A model generated the notes under the pieces. The model had not been told where the DNA came from. It did not search any database and saw only the letters and a program-made list of their open reading frames with translations. A program made the position numbers and the translations under genes. Source: Bryobacterales bacterium (GTDB lineage: Bacteria > Acidobacteriota > Terriglobia > Bryobacterales > UBA6623). From it: a DNA stretch of 64,000 nt. How positions within the stretch are numbered: position 1 is the stretch's first letter; each line of letters begins with the position of its first letter. The stretch lies in assembly GCA_963422375.2 (NCBI GenBank), contig OY729428.2:512001-576000 (forward strand), read 5' to 3'. Below are positions 1 to 10,061 of this stretch, one piece after another.

Positions 1-541
1 AGAGGAGGGCCGTCATCGCACGGAACGTCCTGCTGCGACACGCATGGGAGGCGGGTATCCCGACCCGCTACTTCTACCCGCTGGCCCCGGGACACTACCA
101 GGCGATCGCACCGACCTCCGGGTGCGGTTGGGATTCGGGTCAGGGGAAGTGCCTCGTCGGAGCGGCCGAACCCAAGAGCGCCGGAGTCAGGTTGATCGAC
201 CACAGATACCGCTGCGCGGTGTCGGGGCGGCCGGAGAGGAGCCTGCTGGACGCGGCCCATTTCGTCGAGGACGGGGACGAGACACTCGACCAGCCGGTCG
301 CGCAGGCCGGGCTTCCGCTATCGAACACCACCACGCCGCGTACGGCAACAACCTCATCGGCAGCGATCCGGACTGTCGGGTGCATGTGTCACACAGGCTG
401 CTGGACCTGAACGGCGGGCTCATGTTCGAGGCGCTGAAGGGCGGCGACCAAGCACGGACTCTCCTGCCGCCGCGTCCTGACGACCACCCCGAACCCAAGC
501 GGCTCGAGCAGCGGTTCGAACGATTCAAGGCCCTAGCCTAG
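1..541 (+). pseudogene. HNH endonuclease (putative restriction endonuclease), frameshifted, 5' part outside window
   Basis: Family motifs are split across frames: 'IPTRYFYPLAPGHYQAI', then 'YRCAVSGRPERSLLDAAHF..D..LDQPVAQAGLPLS' (ORF 192..410), then 'HHAAYGNNLIGSDPDCRVHVS..LL...GLMFEALK...LPPR...P...LEQRFERF' (ORF 44..541). Confidence 0.75.
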
Positions 542-980
542 ATCCTGCCTCGTTTCCGGCCGGACAGTCCCGGTCCCGTACGAGCGATGGAGATGCCCAG
601 TTCGCGGTCCGTGCCCCGGCCGGTCGTCTGCTGTTGCGATCACGCAGTCCGCACGGACAGTAGACCGCCCGTGGAAAGAGGCGATTTCTCGTTCGCCCAG
701 CACGGATGACGTCATTCTTGTTCCAGGATTTCGATGGCGATTGGAGCCCGCAAGGTCGAGCAGATGCCAATGTCCCTCGCTCCCGAGAACCTGTCCGCCG
801 CCTTGATCGCGCGCTTCTTCGAGAAGCTGGGCTAGGTATTGGCCAAAGCCGACTTCGACCCCGACGCTTACGTCGAGAGCATGAGCCGTCCCTTCTGCGC
901 GGCCTTCACAGACCGGCCGTCACTGCTCCCGGGAGGTCCTTCCGACGAATGCTGCCGGGCCGCCTGATTGGGTTTGAGTC

Positions 981-2677
981 CAGCGGTTCTAAATTTGGCA
1001 ATCAAGGGGGTGCGTGAGCGTTGTTTCCGAGGATGAGGTGAATAAGTTGACCGAGAGGTTGCGCTCCCGAGGCCGCCCCGCGGGAGGGTCGGACGGCGGG
1101 CAGGGCCGTGGCGCGGCCCGCGTCGCGGGTCCGCGGAGTACCGAGCCCGCGGCCGGACGCACTCCGGCGGTAGCCGGCTTTGACGGCCGGCCGCTCGCCG
1201 GACGCTGGCCGGACGCTGCCAGCACGAAACTGCGCGGAGTCCAGGCCCCGGCCGCCTGGCAGCCCGGAGGCGCGCGTCCGTCGCGCAACGCCGCCAGCAG
1301 CGTCGGCCGGTCCGGGAAGCGGAACCAGCGCAGCGCGACCTGCAGCTCCCGGAACAGGGCGCGGCGCGTGACCGGCTTGCGCCGGCACTGCTGCCGCAGC
1401 GCGCAGACGCACTGCACCACAGCGTGGAGCGCGAAGGCGAACAGGTTCGGCACGGCCGGCACGTTGGCCAGCCCTTCCTTGCCGTGCCCGAAGTTGCGCT
1501 TGACGTTGCGGCCGCGCCGCGCCAGGCAGTTGAAGCCCTCGTTTGAAGCCCTCGTTCTCGATCTTCCAGCGCGCCCGGCCGGCCCGCGCGATCCGCTCCG
1601 CGTTGTCCGCGGTGACCGCGAGACCGGTGAAGAAGCTGTTGGCGTAGGTGCGCTTGCCGTCGCGCTCCACGGCGTACTCGAGCCAAGTGCCCTGCAGGGC
1701 GTCGCGGCCCTTGCGCAGGGGCACTGCGGCCGTCCGGCGGAAACGGTGCCGCTCGGACCGCTTGCCCTTCCCGCGCCGCTCGCCCGCCGGCTCTCCGGCA
1801 CCTCGTACAAGTGCTTGTGGGATCCGGGCTTGCATACCCGGACGCAGTCCATGCCGGCCGCCGCGGCGGCCTCGCAGAGCGGCTGGCAGCAGTACAGGTC
1901 GTCGCCCGGCAGGACGGGGCGGCAGGCCTGCAGCCAGGCGCCCTGAGCGGCGAGCCAGCGCTTGGCGGCGTTGCGCTCGCAGTCCCGCTTGCGCTCGTCC
2001 TCGCTCATGTCGGCGCGGGTCGCGGCCGCGTCCTGCTGCGGGCGCACGAACTCGGGCATCAGCGGCAGGACGGTGGCGTGGCCGTCGGCCATGGTGTGGA
2101 AGTGATGCGGCCGGCGCTCGCGGCCGACGCGCCGCACCGAGCAGTGCGGGCAATGCACCCTGTCGGAGCGGTGGAACCGGACGCCGTCCGGAGCCGCCGG
2201 CAGGCGCTCGTCGAGGCGCTGGAAGGGCGCGAGCGCGCCCTGCGCGGCCACGGTTGCGAGGCACGGCCGGAACAGCGGGTCCAACGCGGCCGGGTCGAGG
2301 TCGTCGAGCAAGTTGCGGATCCGCTTGTCGCAGGGGATGCGGCCCACGCCGCACAGGGTCCGGCAGTTGGAGCGCGAGCCGTCCCGCTCCATGCGCCGCT
2401 GGAACGCGAGCAACGACTCGCACCGGGTGCAGAAGCAGGCCGGGGCGCACCAGGGCGCAACCGGCGGCGTCGCTGACCGCGTAGCGCTTGTTGCGACCGT
2501 CGCGCCGGTCGGGCCGGCCGGCGGCCGTCTCGCGGCAGGCGCTCAGCAGCGAGTCCAGGACATGGGGCATTCACCCTAGCTCACGCATTCCGCTAGCAAA
2601 AGTCAAGTGCCAGACTGCCTGCGACACCTTTCTCAGACACTCTGGAAATCCCCAAATGCCCAAATTGAGAATCGCTG
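981..2677 (-). mobile_element. ISNCY/ISAs1-like insertion sequence with frameshifted transposase
   Basis: Imperfect terminal inverted repeats CAGCGGTTCTAAATTTGGCAAT (981) and ATGCCCAAATTGAGAATCGCTG (ends 2677). Transposase motifs 'PDRRDGRNKRY', 'SNCRTLCGVGRIP', 'DCERNAAKRWL', 'GDDLYC', 'GRARWKIENEGF' and 'NFGHGK' are spread over ORFs 1002..2570, 989..2413 and 868..1686. Confidence 0.8.
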
Positions 2678-3078
2678 CCTTCTTCAATGACGATTCATCG
2701 GACAATCGTTCTGCCTCGGCGCGTTGGGCGTTGAGTTCGAGGAGGCGACTAAGAACCTCGTCGCGTACGTCGTCTGGCCATCGGTAACGGCACGGCCGCT
2801 TCCTGTCGCCCCACTCCTCCTCGTCGATTTCATGGTCAAGCAGAAATTCGCACTCAGCTAGGATGTCGCTCCAGCCATAGGCATCCAGCACCGCACGATC
2901 CATCTCCGCGTGAAGGTCGCGGAGGCGTCGAACGGCGGGAGCACCTTCATGCGGATCGTGAAAACGGTTGTAGGTCTTGGTCAGACCTTCTTGATTGCTG
3001 GCCATGAGCGCGGCGCGGAATTCGTAATGGGTCTTGCCGATTCGCCCAATCGCCGCATGCTCCTCCCAGTTGCTTGGA
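2678..3078 (-). pseudogene. C-terminal fragment of a type IIG/IIL (Eco57I/MmeI-like) restriction-modification enzyme
   Basis: 'HYEFRAALMASNQEGLTKTYNRFHDP...RLRDLHAEMDRAVLDAYGWSD...RYRWPDDVRDEVLSRLLELNAQRA' matches the typical tail of this family; truncated by IS ends/remnants on both sides. Confidence 0.7.
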
Positions 3079-3255
3079 ACTGCGCAATGCCGCGCGCGGC
3101 CGACGGGCCCGCCTTCTGCGCACCAGGCGGGGGTCGCATTCGCAATCCACCTCGCGCAGGACTCTCGACGGTGGCAGCATGGTTTCGCCCAAGTACCCGG
3201 CGACCGCCCCGAGTGGCCACGCACGGTGCGCTCTCAGGCCAGTTGATGGGACGGA

Positions 3256-3797
3256 CAGGTGGAGAACCGCATCAAGGAACCGCAGCTCGACCTGTTCGCC
3301 GACCGGACCTCGTGCACGAAGTGGTGGGCGAACCAGTACCGGGTGCTGCTCGCGGCGCTCGCCTACACCCTGCTCGAGACGATGCGCCGCACGGTGCTTC
3401 GCGGGACGGCCTTGGCCCGGGCGCAATGCCGAACGATCCGACTACGGCTTCTGAAGGCCGGTGCGGTGATCACCCGAAACACCCGCACCGTTGCCGTGAG
3501 GCTGTCCAGCGCCTGCCCCGACGAAGCGGTGTTCCGGCTCCTGGTGCACCGACTCACCGCTGGATAGCCCGCTCCGAGCGGGCGGTCGCGAAAATACCCG
3601 GCCCCGGGTCCACCCCGGACCGTCACCCTACGCCCGATGACGCCGCCGAGACCCCAAAACGCTCTCCGACCACCGTCTCAACCGCTCCGAAGTCCCCTCC
3701 GAGGCCATCCTCACCCAATCCCCCGCTCCAATAGGCGCCGCAAAAGGCGCCATTGCGTCCGAACAACGAAACAAACCGCCTTCATGAAATAACCGGG
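3256..3797 (+). mobile_element. IS1380-family remnant (transposase C-terminus plus right end)
   Basis: 'ENRIKEPQLDLFADRTSCTKWWANQYRVLLAALAY...TIRLRLLKAGAVITRNTRTV' (3259..3567); end sequence CATGAAATAACCGGG followed by CTAG. Confidence 0.8.
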
Positions 3798-4098
3798 CTA
3801 GGGTCGGCCGGACGCACGTATCGCCTTCCTGACGACTCGGTTCTCGTCTCTCGCCTCTGAAATCCCGACTGCAGGGTTGAGTGCGTGAAGCACCGCGTTC
3901 ATGGGAGAACCTCCATGGTTGATTGGAACCAAGGTCGGACCGCCGCCACGTGAGACACTCGACCTCGCTAACTCGATGGAGAATGGCGTCTTTATTCCCT
4001 CGATGTGTTCGCGGATGTGCGGGTAGATTTCCTTGCTCGGGTCCTCAATCAAGGAGGCGAACTCGAGAATAGCGATGCAGGCCATTTGCCTACAGCAG

Positions 4099-4310
4099 TC
4101 ACGCGTTCCGACGCTTCCGGATATCTGCAAGGAAATCGGCAAGCATGTCGATATCGGTCTTGAGTTCCGGAGGGTCGGGCACAGGAGCCCGCGCGGCAGG
4201 CGCCTCGTCGTGCCCGCGGAGCCACCTCGAGCATTTCGTCATTGCCGACTCCACAGCTCTGCAGTCGTCTTGAGTGATGTCCTGGAGCAAGGCGACCTGC
4301 TGCGTCTAGA
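4099..4310 (-). pseudogene. C-terminal fragment of an AAA/SMC-like ATPase
   Basis: 'TQQVALLQDITQDDCRAVESAMTKCSRWLRGHDEAPAA..PVPDPPELKTDI' resembles the tail of AAA ATPases common in defence islands; an in-frame stop lies just upstream. Confidence 0.5.
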
Positions 4311-4481
4311 TCTCCGCCTGAGGTGTGGGTGTAGCCGAACGCGAGAAAAAGATGTGCTACATAAATCGTATCGTGAATTGGCGCAAGAGGGACGACGTCC
4401 CTCTCATGCTCGGTATCGAATCTGGCCTCGGGAAACAGTTGCGAGGGCTCGTCGGTCGTCCAAGTCAGCCATGCGCGCGCC

Positions 4482-4766
4482 TCATCCGTCGGCCCGCACC
4501 AAGCCCACGGTGAGCCGCGTGCCGGTCGCTTTGGCGTAGCGGCGCAGCGTGGCGAAAGACGGCGATACCCGGCCGCCCTCCAGCCGCGCGACTGCGGACT
4601 GGGTCGTGCCGAGCCGCCGGGCAAGCTCCGCCTGCGTCAGCTTCGCCGCCGTGCGGGCGCGGACCAGCGCCTCGACCAGCGCATACTCTTCGTCGACGCG
4701 CGCGTATTCCTCCCGGAACTCGGGGTCCTCCATGAAGCGCGCCTTCAAGTCCTTCAGCTTCGTCAT
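4482..4766 (-). CDS. XRE-family HTH antitoxin (HigA-like)
   Basis: 94 aa, 'ALVRARTAAKLTQAELARRLGTTQSAVARLEGG..SPSFATLRRYAKATG'; overlaps the toxin stop codon (ATGA). Confidence 0.9.
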   Translation of the reverse strand: MTKLKDLKARFMEDPEFREEYARVDEEYALVEALVRARTAAKLTQAELARRLGTTQSAVARLEGGRVSPSFATLRRYAKATGTRLTVGLVRADG

Positions 4767-5086
4767 GTCATCACCTCTCTCATCCGCTCCCGGGCGGTCG
4801 CGAGCGCACGGCGCGGCGTCTTGCGCGACTTCTTCGCGAAGACGTGCAGCACAACCACCCGCCGTTCGGCCGCCGTCACGTAGATGCCCCGGACGATGCC
4901 CCCTTCGGCCCTGACCCGCAGTTCCCAGAGCTTGCCGTCGAGATGCCTGACATGTGGTGCGCGAAGCGCCTCCAGGCCGACATTCTCCACCGTTTCCAGC
5001 AGCCGGATCAGCCGGGCGCGCAGCGCCACGGGCAAAGCCGCCATTTCGAAATCGACGGCCGAGACGGTTTCGACCGTCCAGCCCAT
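4763..5086 (-). CDS. Type II TA toxin, RelE/ParE superfamily (Gp49/HigB-like)
   Basis: 'PHVRHLDGKLWELRV....GIVRGIYV...RRVVVLHVFAKKSRKTP'; toxin lies upstream of antitoxin. Start could be 5086, 5092 or 5095. Confidence 0.88.
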   Translation of the reverse strand: MGWTVETVSAVDFEMAALPVALRARLIRLLETVENVGLEALRAPHVRHLDGKLWELRVRAEGGIVRGIYVTAAERRVVVLHVFAKKSRKTPRRALATARERMREVMT

Positions 5087-5090
5087 ACCC

Positions 5091-5121
5091 ATCATATAGC
5101 GCATCCGCTATAGACCTGCAA
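5091..5121 (-). promoter_or_regulatory. Probable TA promoter with palindromic operator
   Basis: Perfect inverted repeat TATAGCG-catc-CGCTATA (5095-5112) between a TTGCAG (-35-like) and a TATGAT (-10-like) on the minus strand, just upstream of the toxin ATG. Confidence 0.55.
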
Positions 5122-5122
5122 G

Positions 5123-5283
5123 TGAACCGTGTCGGGAATTCCGGAGACTGTTTCTATGAGTCACGCGGCCAGCGCCGTGTGCTCGGTGTGGCGATAGTAC
5201 GCCGCTTCGGCCTCGGCCGGAGGCCGGTCTCCGATCGGCTCGAGGATCCGGCGGTTGTTGAACCAATCGACCCACTCGAGGGT
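5123..5283 (-). mobile_element. IS3-family remnant (OrfB C-terminus plus right IR)
   Basis: Minus strand reads 'LEWVDWFNNRRILEPIGDRPPAEAEAAYY...ALAA*'; end TGAACCGTGTCGGGAATTCCGGAGAC. Confidence 0.8.
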
Positions 5284-5808
5284 TGGGGTGGCTCCGGAAA
5301 ATCGGACAGGTCGCTAAGGTTTATTCCGTCGTGTGACGGAGGAATGCCGATGAGCAGTAAACGCCGCCGATTTTCGGGGGAGCAGAAGGCGAAGATCGCT
5401 CTGGAGGCGCTTCGGGGCGGTCGGCGCTTCAGGAGATTGCCCCGCAATATCAGGTCCATCCGAACCAGGTTGGCGCCTGGAAGCGCCAGGCGGTCGAAGG
5501 CTTGGCCGAAGTGTTCTCGAAGGGCGCCGAGCGGCGGGCGATGGTGGTGCGCGGCCACCCGGCGCTGAGCCTGAGCCGGCAATGCCGCCTGCTGTCGATC
5601 GGGCGCTCTTCGCTCTACTACGAGCCGAAGGGCGAAAACGCCGAGACGCTGGCGCTGATGCGGCGGATCGAGGAGCTGTTCCTGAAGTATCCGTTTTACG
5701 GCGCCCGGCAGATGGTTCGGCATCTGCGCCGCGAGCGCGAGGGGGTGCGGATCGGGCGCCGCCGGGCGGCTCGGCTGATGCGCCTTCTGGGCCTTCAGGC
5801 AGTCTATG
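5284..5808 (+). mobile_element. IS3-family remnant (left IR, OrfA, truncated OrfB)
   Basis: TG-start IR TGGGGTGGCTCCGGAAAATCGGACAG; OrfA 'MSSKRRRFSGEQKAKIALEALRG'; OrfB 'LSLSRQCRLLSIGRSSLYYEP...PFYGARQM..HL...RLMRLLGLQAVY'. Confidence 0.85.
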
Positions 5809-5844
5809 GCCGACCCGTCCATCTTGGTGCCGTCACTTGGTGCC

Positions 5845-6438
5845 GTCGACGCTGACGGTGCCGACCTTGAGCACGTTCACTTCGCGCGCCAGCAGCAGCA
5901 CCTACAGGAAGCACTCGGCCACGGCGTCGAAGTTGTCGAAGTTCTCGCGCCGGAACTTGGCGATGGTGTCGTGGTGGTGTCGTGGTCGGGGTGCAGGTTG
6001 GCGGCCACGAAGCGCACGCCGATGTCGCGGTAGGTGGCGCGCTCGATGCGGCGCGAGGAGAAGATGCCGCTGGCGTAGCAGTAGATCAGCAGGGCGAGCA
6101 TCATGCGCGGCTCGTACTGCGCCGAGCCGGTGCCGCGCTCGTTGACGCGGAAGCGCTGGAAGTCGACATGGTCGACATGGTCGACATGGTCGACCGCCTC
6201 GATGACGAAATGGGCGAGGTCGTCGGAGGGGACCCAGTCGCTCATGTCGACGGGCACCAGGAAGGGCTGCTCGCGGTCGCAAGGCACGAACTTCGTCATG
6301 AATCTATATTATAGCTGTCAGAGAATCGTGAAGTCGATGCTCGTACTTCCCGCCAATTACACGGGATCCTAGATTATTGGGAAGACACGCAGGGCGGATT
6401 CAAGACCAGCCGGGGCCCTAAGTCCGACAGGCTGCTAG
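5845..6438 (-). mobile_element. IS1182-family remnant (DUF772 N-terminus, truncated)
   Basis: ORF 5877..6299 'DREQPFLVPVDMSDWVPSDDLAHFVIEAV...YEPRMMLALLIYCYASGIFSSRRIERATYRDIGVRFVAANLHPDHDT'; IS-end-like TAAGTCCGACAGGCTGCTAG at 6419-6438. Confidence 0.8.
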
Positions 6439-6549
6439 GCTGTCGATTGGACGGTCATGCTGATTTTCCTTACGAGATTTAGGCTATCGACTTCGCGAAT
6501 TCGAGTCAGCCCTCAAGGTTGCATAGTCGCTGAATGGAGGATGTAGATA

Positions 6550-6804
6550 GTGCCTGTGACAAAACTCGTATTCCCTTGATAACAAAGGCGTTAGGTCCAA
6601 TCTCTCAAGGCGAAAATTTCACTGGAATGCTACGACTAGTCCGAAATCCTGCCAATTCTGGGTAGAGCGCGGAAATCTTCGCGATTGGCGGCTGAGCAAC
6701 TTCCGACCTTGGGCCCTATATGTTGTGTTTGGAGATCCATCCGACATCAGGATGTAGTATGAAATGCTGATCAGGCCAGAATTCAGGAGTTTTGTCACAA
6801 GCAC
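6550..6804. mobile_element. 255-bp non-autonomous element (MITE), copy 1
   Basis: TIRs GTGCCTGTGACAAAACTC / GAGTTTTGTCACAAGCAC; 6-bp direct repeat TAGATA on both flanks (6544-6549, 6805-6810); near-identical inverted copy at 37106-37360. Confidence 0.9.
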
Positions 6805-6992
6805 TAGATATACGACCATATGGTGATCGTATCCTCACCTGCTGGATTGATTCGACATGCAACAGTGGCGGCTGCGGCTCCTTCTGTGCCTGACGAGGGT
6901 CGCGGCAGCATTTCTACGCCTCGGAGCGCCGGACGCTGCGGCGACTCTAGTCTATGGAACACCATCAGATCAGAGTCAGGCTTCGGCCCAAT

Positions 6993-7538
6993 CTATCCAG
7001 CAGCTCCCTGGGAATGCGACCCGTGCGTGCATCCCGGAAACTCGTCGATCGCCGTGTTGCCCGTGTAGCCGAGGTCGTCGTGAATCCCGACCTGCGACGT
7101 GTAGTATCCCTCGATGGTCGCCCGCTTGAGAACAGCGAAGAATCGCTCGGTCTCGCTCGCGGGATGCTCTTCGTTGCTGGCCATCCGGGCCATGATCGCG
7201 TCTTGCTGCGTCGCGTCGCACGCCGCAAAGTCGCGATCGTAGCACTCCTTCGCGAGCTCCGCGACGGCGAGGAGGCCCGCTCGAAAGCTCTCTCGGACCG
7301 GCTCGGCGGCATCGGCAACCATCACGTCGATGTACCTCGCCACGCGGGCGGCTCGCGCGCCGGCTGAATGCTCGTCGCTCGGCAGGATCGCTTCGGTCAG
7401 CGAATCCAGCGCTTCGAGTTCCCCGCGGGAGAAGAACTCGGGCTCGTAGCCGCCTTGCGTGCATGCGAGCTGCACCAAGCCGTTGGTAGCAGGCAGGACT
7501 CCCGCCGTGACGAGCTTCAGCAGAGTTCGACGCTCCAT
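6993..7538 (-). CDS. Gluconate 2-dehydrogenase subunit 3 family protein (Tat-like signal)
   Basis: 'MERRTLLK', 'LTEAILPSDEHSAGARAARVARYID', 'FFAVLKRATIEGYYTSQVG'; immediately downstream of a GMC oxidoreductase. Confidence 0.85.
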   Translation of the reverse strand: MERRTLLKLVTAGVLPATNGLVQLACTQGGYEPEFFSRGELEALDSLTEAILPSDEHSAGARAARVARYIDVMVADAAEPVRESFRAGLLAVAELAKECYDRDFAACDATQQDAIMARMASNEEHPASETERFFAVLKRATIEGYYTSQVGIHDDLGYTGNTAIDEFPGCTHGSHSQGAAG

Positions 7539-7545
7539 GCAGCGC

Positions 7546-9147
7546 CTACCCTAGTTCGTCGCGACGGAAGCGCTCGGCGATTCCGTCGGCCGCTCGCCAC
7601 GACAGCGCGATGTTTGTCAGCGTCGGGTTCTTCTCCGGATACGAAGGGAAGACCGAGGCGTCCGCCACGAAAAGGTTCGGCAGGTCGTGCGACCTGCCCT
7701 GCGGGTCTACGACGGACGAGCGACGATCAGTCCCCATCCTCGTCGTACCGACCCAGTGGTTCAGGTCGACGACCAAGTCATCGACGCCCACGGTCCCCGG
7801 CGTGTCGATGACCTCGCCGTCCCCGGCCCGGATGATTTGCTCGCACTGCTCGACCATGTCCTGCGCCATCGCGACGTCCGAATCGTCGTAGTGCAGATGC
7901 ACCCGAGGCAGGGACATCCCGTACGCGTCCTTCCGGATCGGATCGAGGTCGACGAACTTGTTCCCGGAGATCAGGGTGGTGCCCTGCATGTTCATCCCCG
8001 CATGCCCGACATTCCACTCCCGCAGCCTTCGCTTGAGGGCAACGCCGTAGCCCGGGGCGTTGCGGATCACCCTGCGATGCGCGGTGACGCCCGCGCCGCA
8101 CTGAACTTGGTACGTTCCCTCGAAGTTCGGGTTGGGCCGGTCCCAGTAGAGCCCGGTCAGCAGCGAGTGGTAGTAGCTCGTCCCGTCGTCGTTCGACGCG
8201 TCGCGCCCCACGATCTGGGGGAAGAACCCCCGCACGGTCACGCCGAAGTGGCTGGTCAGGTTCCGGCCGACCTGCCCGCTCGAGTTGGCGATGTCCGAGA
8301 TGAGCAGCAAGCGGGCGGTTTCGACGGCGCTGCAAGACAGCACGACCGCCTTCGCATCGAGTTCCCGGACCGCGCCGCCCTTCGCCTTGTACTCGATGCC
8401 GACCGCTCGGCCGCCCTCGGTCGAGACGCGCACGCGAGTTGCCATGGACTCGGCGAAGATCGTGAGATTGCCGGTCTCCTCGGCCAGCGGGATGGGCGTG
8501 TTCGCAGAGGTGTACTTCGCCTCGACCGCGCAGCCCGAGCAGTGGCCGCAGAAGTGGCACTTCAGCCTGTGCTTCCACTCGGGCCGGTTCGGCGGTTCGG
8601 TCAGCATCGCCTTTCGCTGGGCGACGAAGGCCATCTTCGCGCCGCGCTGGCGAAGCCGCTCCACGCCAAGCCGCAGCTGCTCCTCTCCGCACCGCATCGG
8701 CACTGGCTTGAGGAACTCGCCGTCGGGCATGTTCGACAGCCCGTCGCGATTCCCGTACACCCCCATAAGCCGCTCGGCTCGGCTGTAGTACGGCGCGACT
8801 TCGTCGTAAGAGATCGGCCAAGCTTCGAAATCCCGGGGCCCGAACCGAAGCGAGTGCCCGGCCCAGCAGACCGATCGGCCGCCGAGGGCGCGGATCTGTC
8901 CGTGCCCGGGGCGGTCGCCGACGGGCGTGAAGTGCCCGCGCAAGGAGAAATCGCGCCAGAAGTTTGGGGCGCGTCGGTCACGGTACTCGTAGGGCCAGTG
9001 GTGCCCGTTGTAGTCCACGCCGGCCTGGAGCCGGGGCCCTGCCTCGACGAGCGCCACCCGGAGGCCCGCCTTGGCCAGCGCGTAGGTCGCGATGCCGCCG
9101 CCCGGCCCGCTGCCGACCACGATCACGTCGTACTCGTGGTCAGGCAT
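7546..9147 (-). CDS. GMC-family FAD oxidoreductase
   Basis: 'YDVIVVGSGPGGG' dinucleotide fold, 'LGGRSVCW', CxxCxxCxxC, 'HWVGTTRMG', 'NLFVADASVFP...KNPTLT'. Confidence 0.92.
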   Translation of the reverse strand: MPDHEYDVIVVGSGPGGGIATYALAKAGLRVALVEAGPRLQAGVDYNGHHWPYEYRDRRAPNFWRDFSLRGHFTPVGDRPGHGQIRALGGRSVCWAGHSLRFGPRDFEAWPISYDEVAPYYSRAERLMGVYGNRDGLSNMPDGEFLKPVPMRCGEEQLRLGVERLRQRGAKMAFVAQRKAMLTEPPNRPEWKHRLKCHFCGHCSGCAVEAKYTSANTPIPLAEETGNLTIFAESMATRVRVSTEGGRAVGIEYKAKGGAVRELDAKAVVLSCSAVETARLLLISDIANSSGQVGRNLTSHFGVTVRGFFPQIVGRDASNDDGTSYYHSLLTGLYWDRPNPNFEGTYQVQCGAGVTAHRRVIRNAPGYGVALKRRLREWNVGHAGMNMQGTTLISGNKFVDLDPIRKDAYGMSLPRVHLHYDDSDVAMAQDMVEQCEQIIRAGDGEVIDTPGTVGVDDLVVDLNHWVGTTRMGTDRRSSVVDPQGRSHDLPNLFVADASVFPSYPEKNPTLTNIALSWRAADGIAERFRRDELG

Positions 9148-9322
9148 CCAAGCGACCTCCTTGCAGCGCGGCCTCTCCGCGACCGCTCATTCTACCTCCG
9201 CTGCGGTGGCACGCCATTTCTTCCGCGTTGGCGGCAGTCACACGCCAGGCAGGATGTCGGCGAGGCACTCGAACGCACGCACCCGCGGATCGGGAAGCGG
9301 CTTCCTTCAATTCCTCGTTCAA

Positions 9323-10061
9323 CAGGCCGTAGCGGTTGCCCTGCACGCAGCGGCATCCGCAAACGCGACCACCATCAAGGTCTCGCCAGGGCCGCAATTC
9401 AGTTCGCGGGTCGGCAGGTCCTCCCGCCCGAGGCCCTGCCCGCGGCCCCGACAATACGCTTCTTCGACAATCTGGGGCAAGTCCTGGCGGGGGCCGGCTT
9501 GGATCCGTTCGTCGAGGGTGTCTGCCGCCCGGAGTGTCCCTCCGGCTCCTGGCGCCGGGCTACCTGACGGGCTTCGAGTCGGACCGGCGCATCGTGCTCC
9601 AGGCCTGCGACAGCCTCGTCCTGCGCGACTTCCTCGGCTGCGGGCTGCGCGAGGGCCGCTCCGAAGCACTCCTCGCTGTCCCGGACGCGGCGGTTTTCTT
9701 TGGAAGCGCACGCGGAGGACATCGGCTGGATCCTGCGGCGGTGGGACAAGGCGGAGCGGTCCGTGGCCCGCGTGTACGAGACGGCCGCGCTGCGCTGACT
9801 GCAGCAGCGAGGCTTGGAATACGTGACGGAGCGAGTTCTGATCCACGCCTGCGGCTGCAACTTGGGGGTGCTCGTTCGGGCGGTCACGGGGACCTGTGCG
9901 TCGCGGATCCTGCTGGGATGCCGGCTCCGTCTCGGGTCCGTTGCGAGCCTCGCGTGGCGGTATGGGAGCCAGAACCGGCCCAGACCGCGGCTGAACGATC
10001 ACAGTCCGGCAGTGCGAATCCCCAGACGCTAGTCGGATGGCATCCGACTTTTACCTCGGCT
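9323..10061 (+). mobile_element. Internally deleted IS5/IS1182-like element
   Basis: Degenerate transposase pieces 'LPPGVSLRLL..GYLTGFESDRRIVLQACDSLVLRDFLG' and 'ERVLIHACGCNLGVLVRAVTG'; end-like ACTTTTACCTCGGCTG. Boundaries approximate. Confidence 0.6.

Noticed and set aside
542..980. Short ORFs between the HNH remnant and the ISNCY element
   Set aside because: No recognisable motifs; probably degraded sequence.
6619..6819. Small repeated protein 'LVTK.LNSGLISISYYILMSDG' (also in ORF 36959..37291)
   Set aside because: It is the translation of the MITE interior; start codons lie outside the element and differ between copies.
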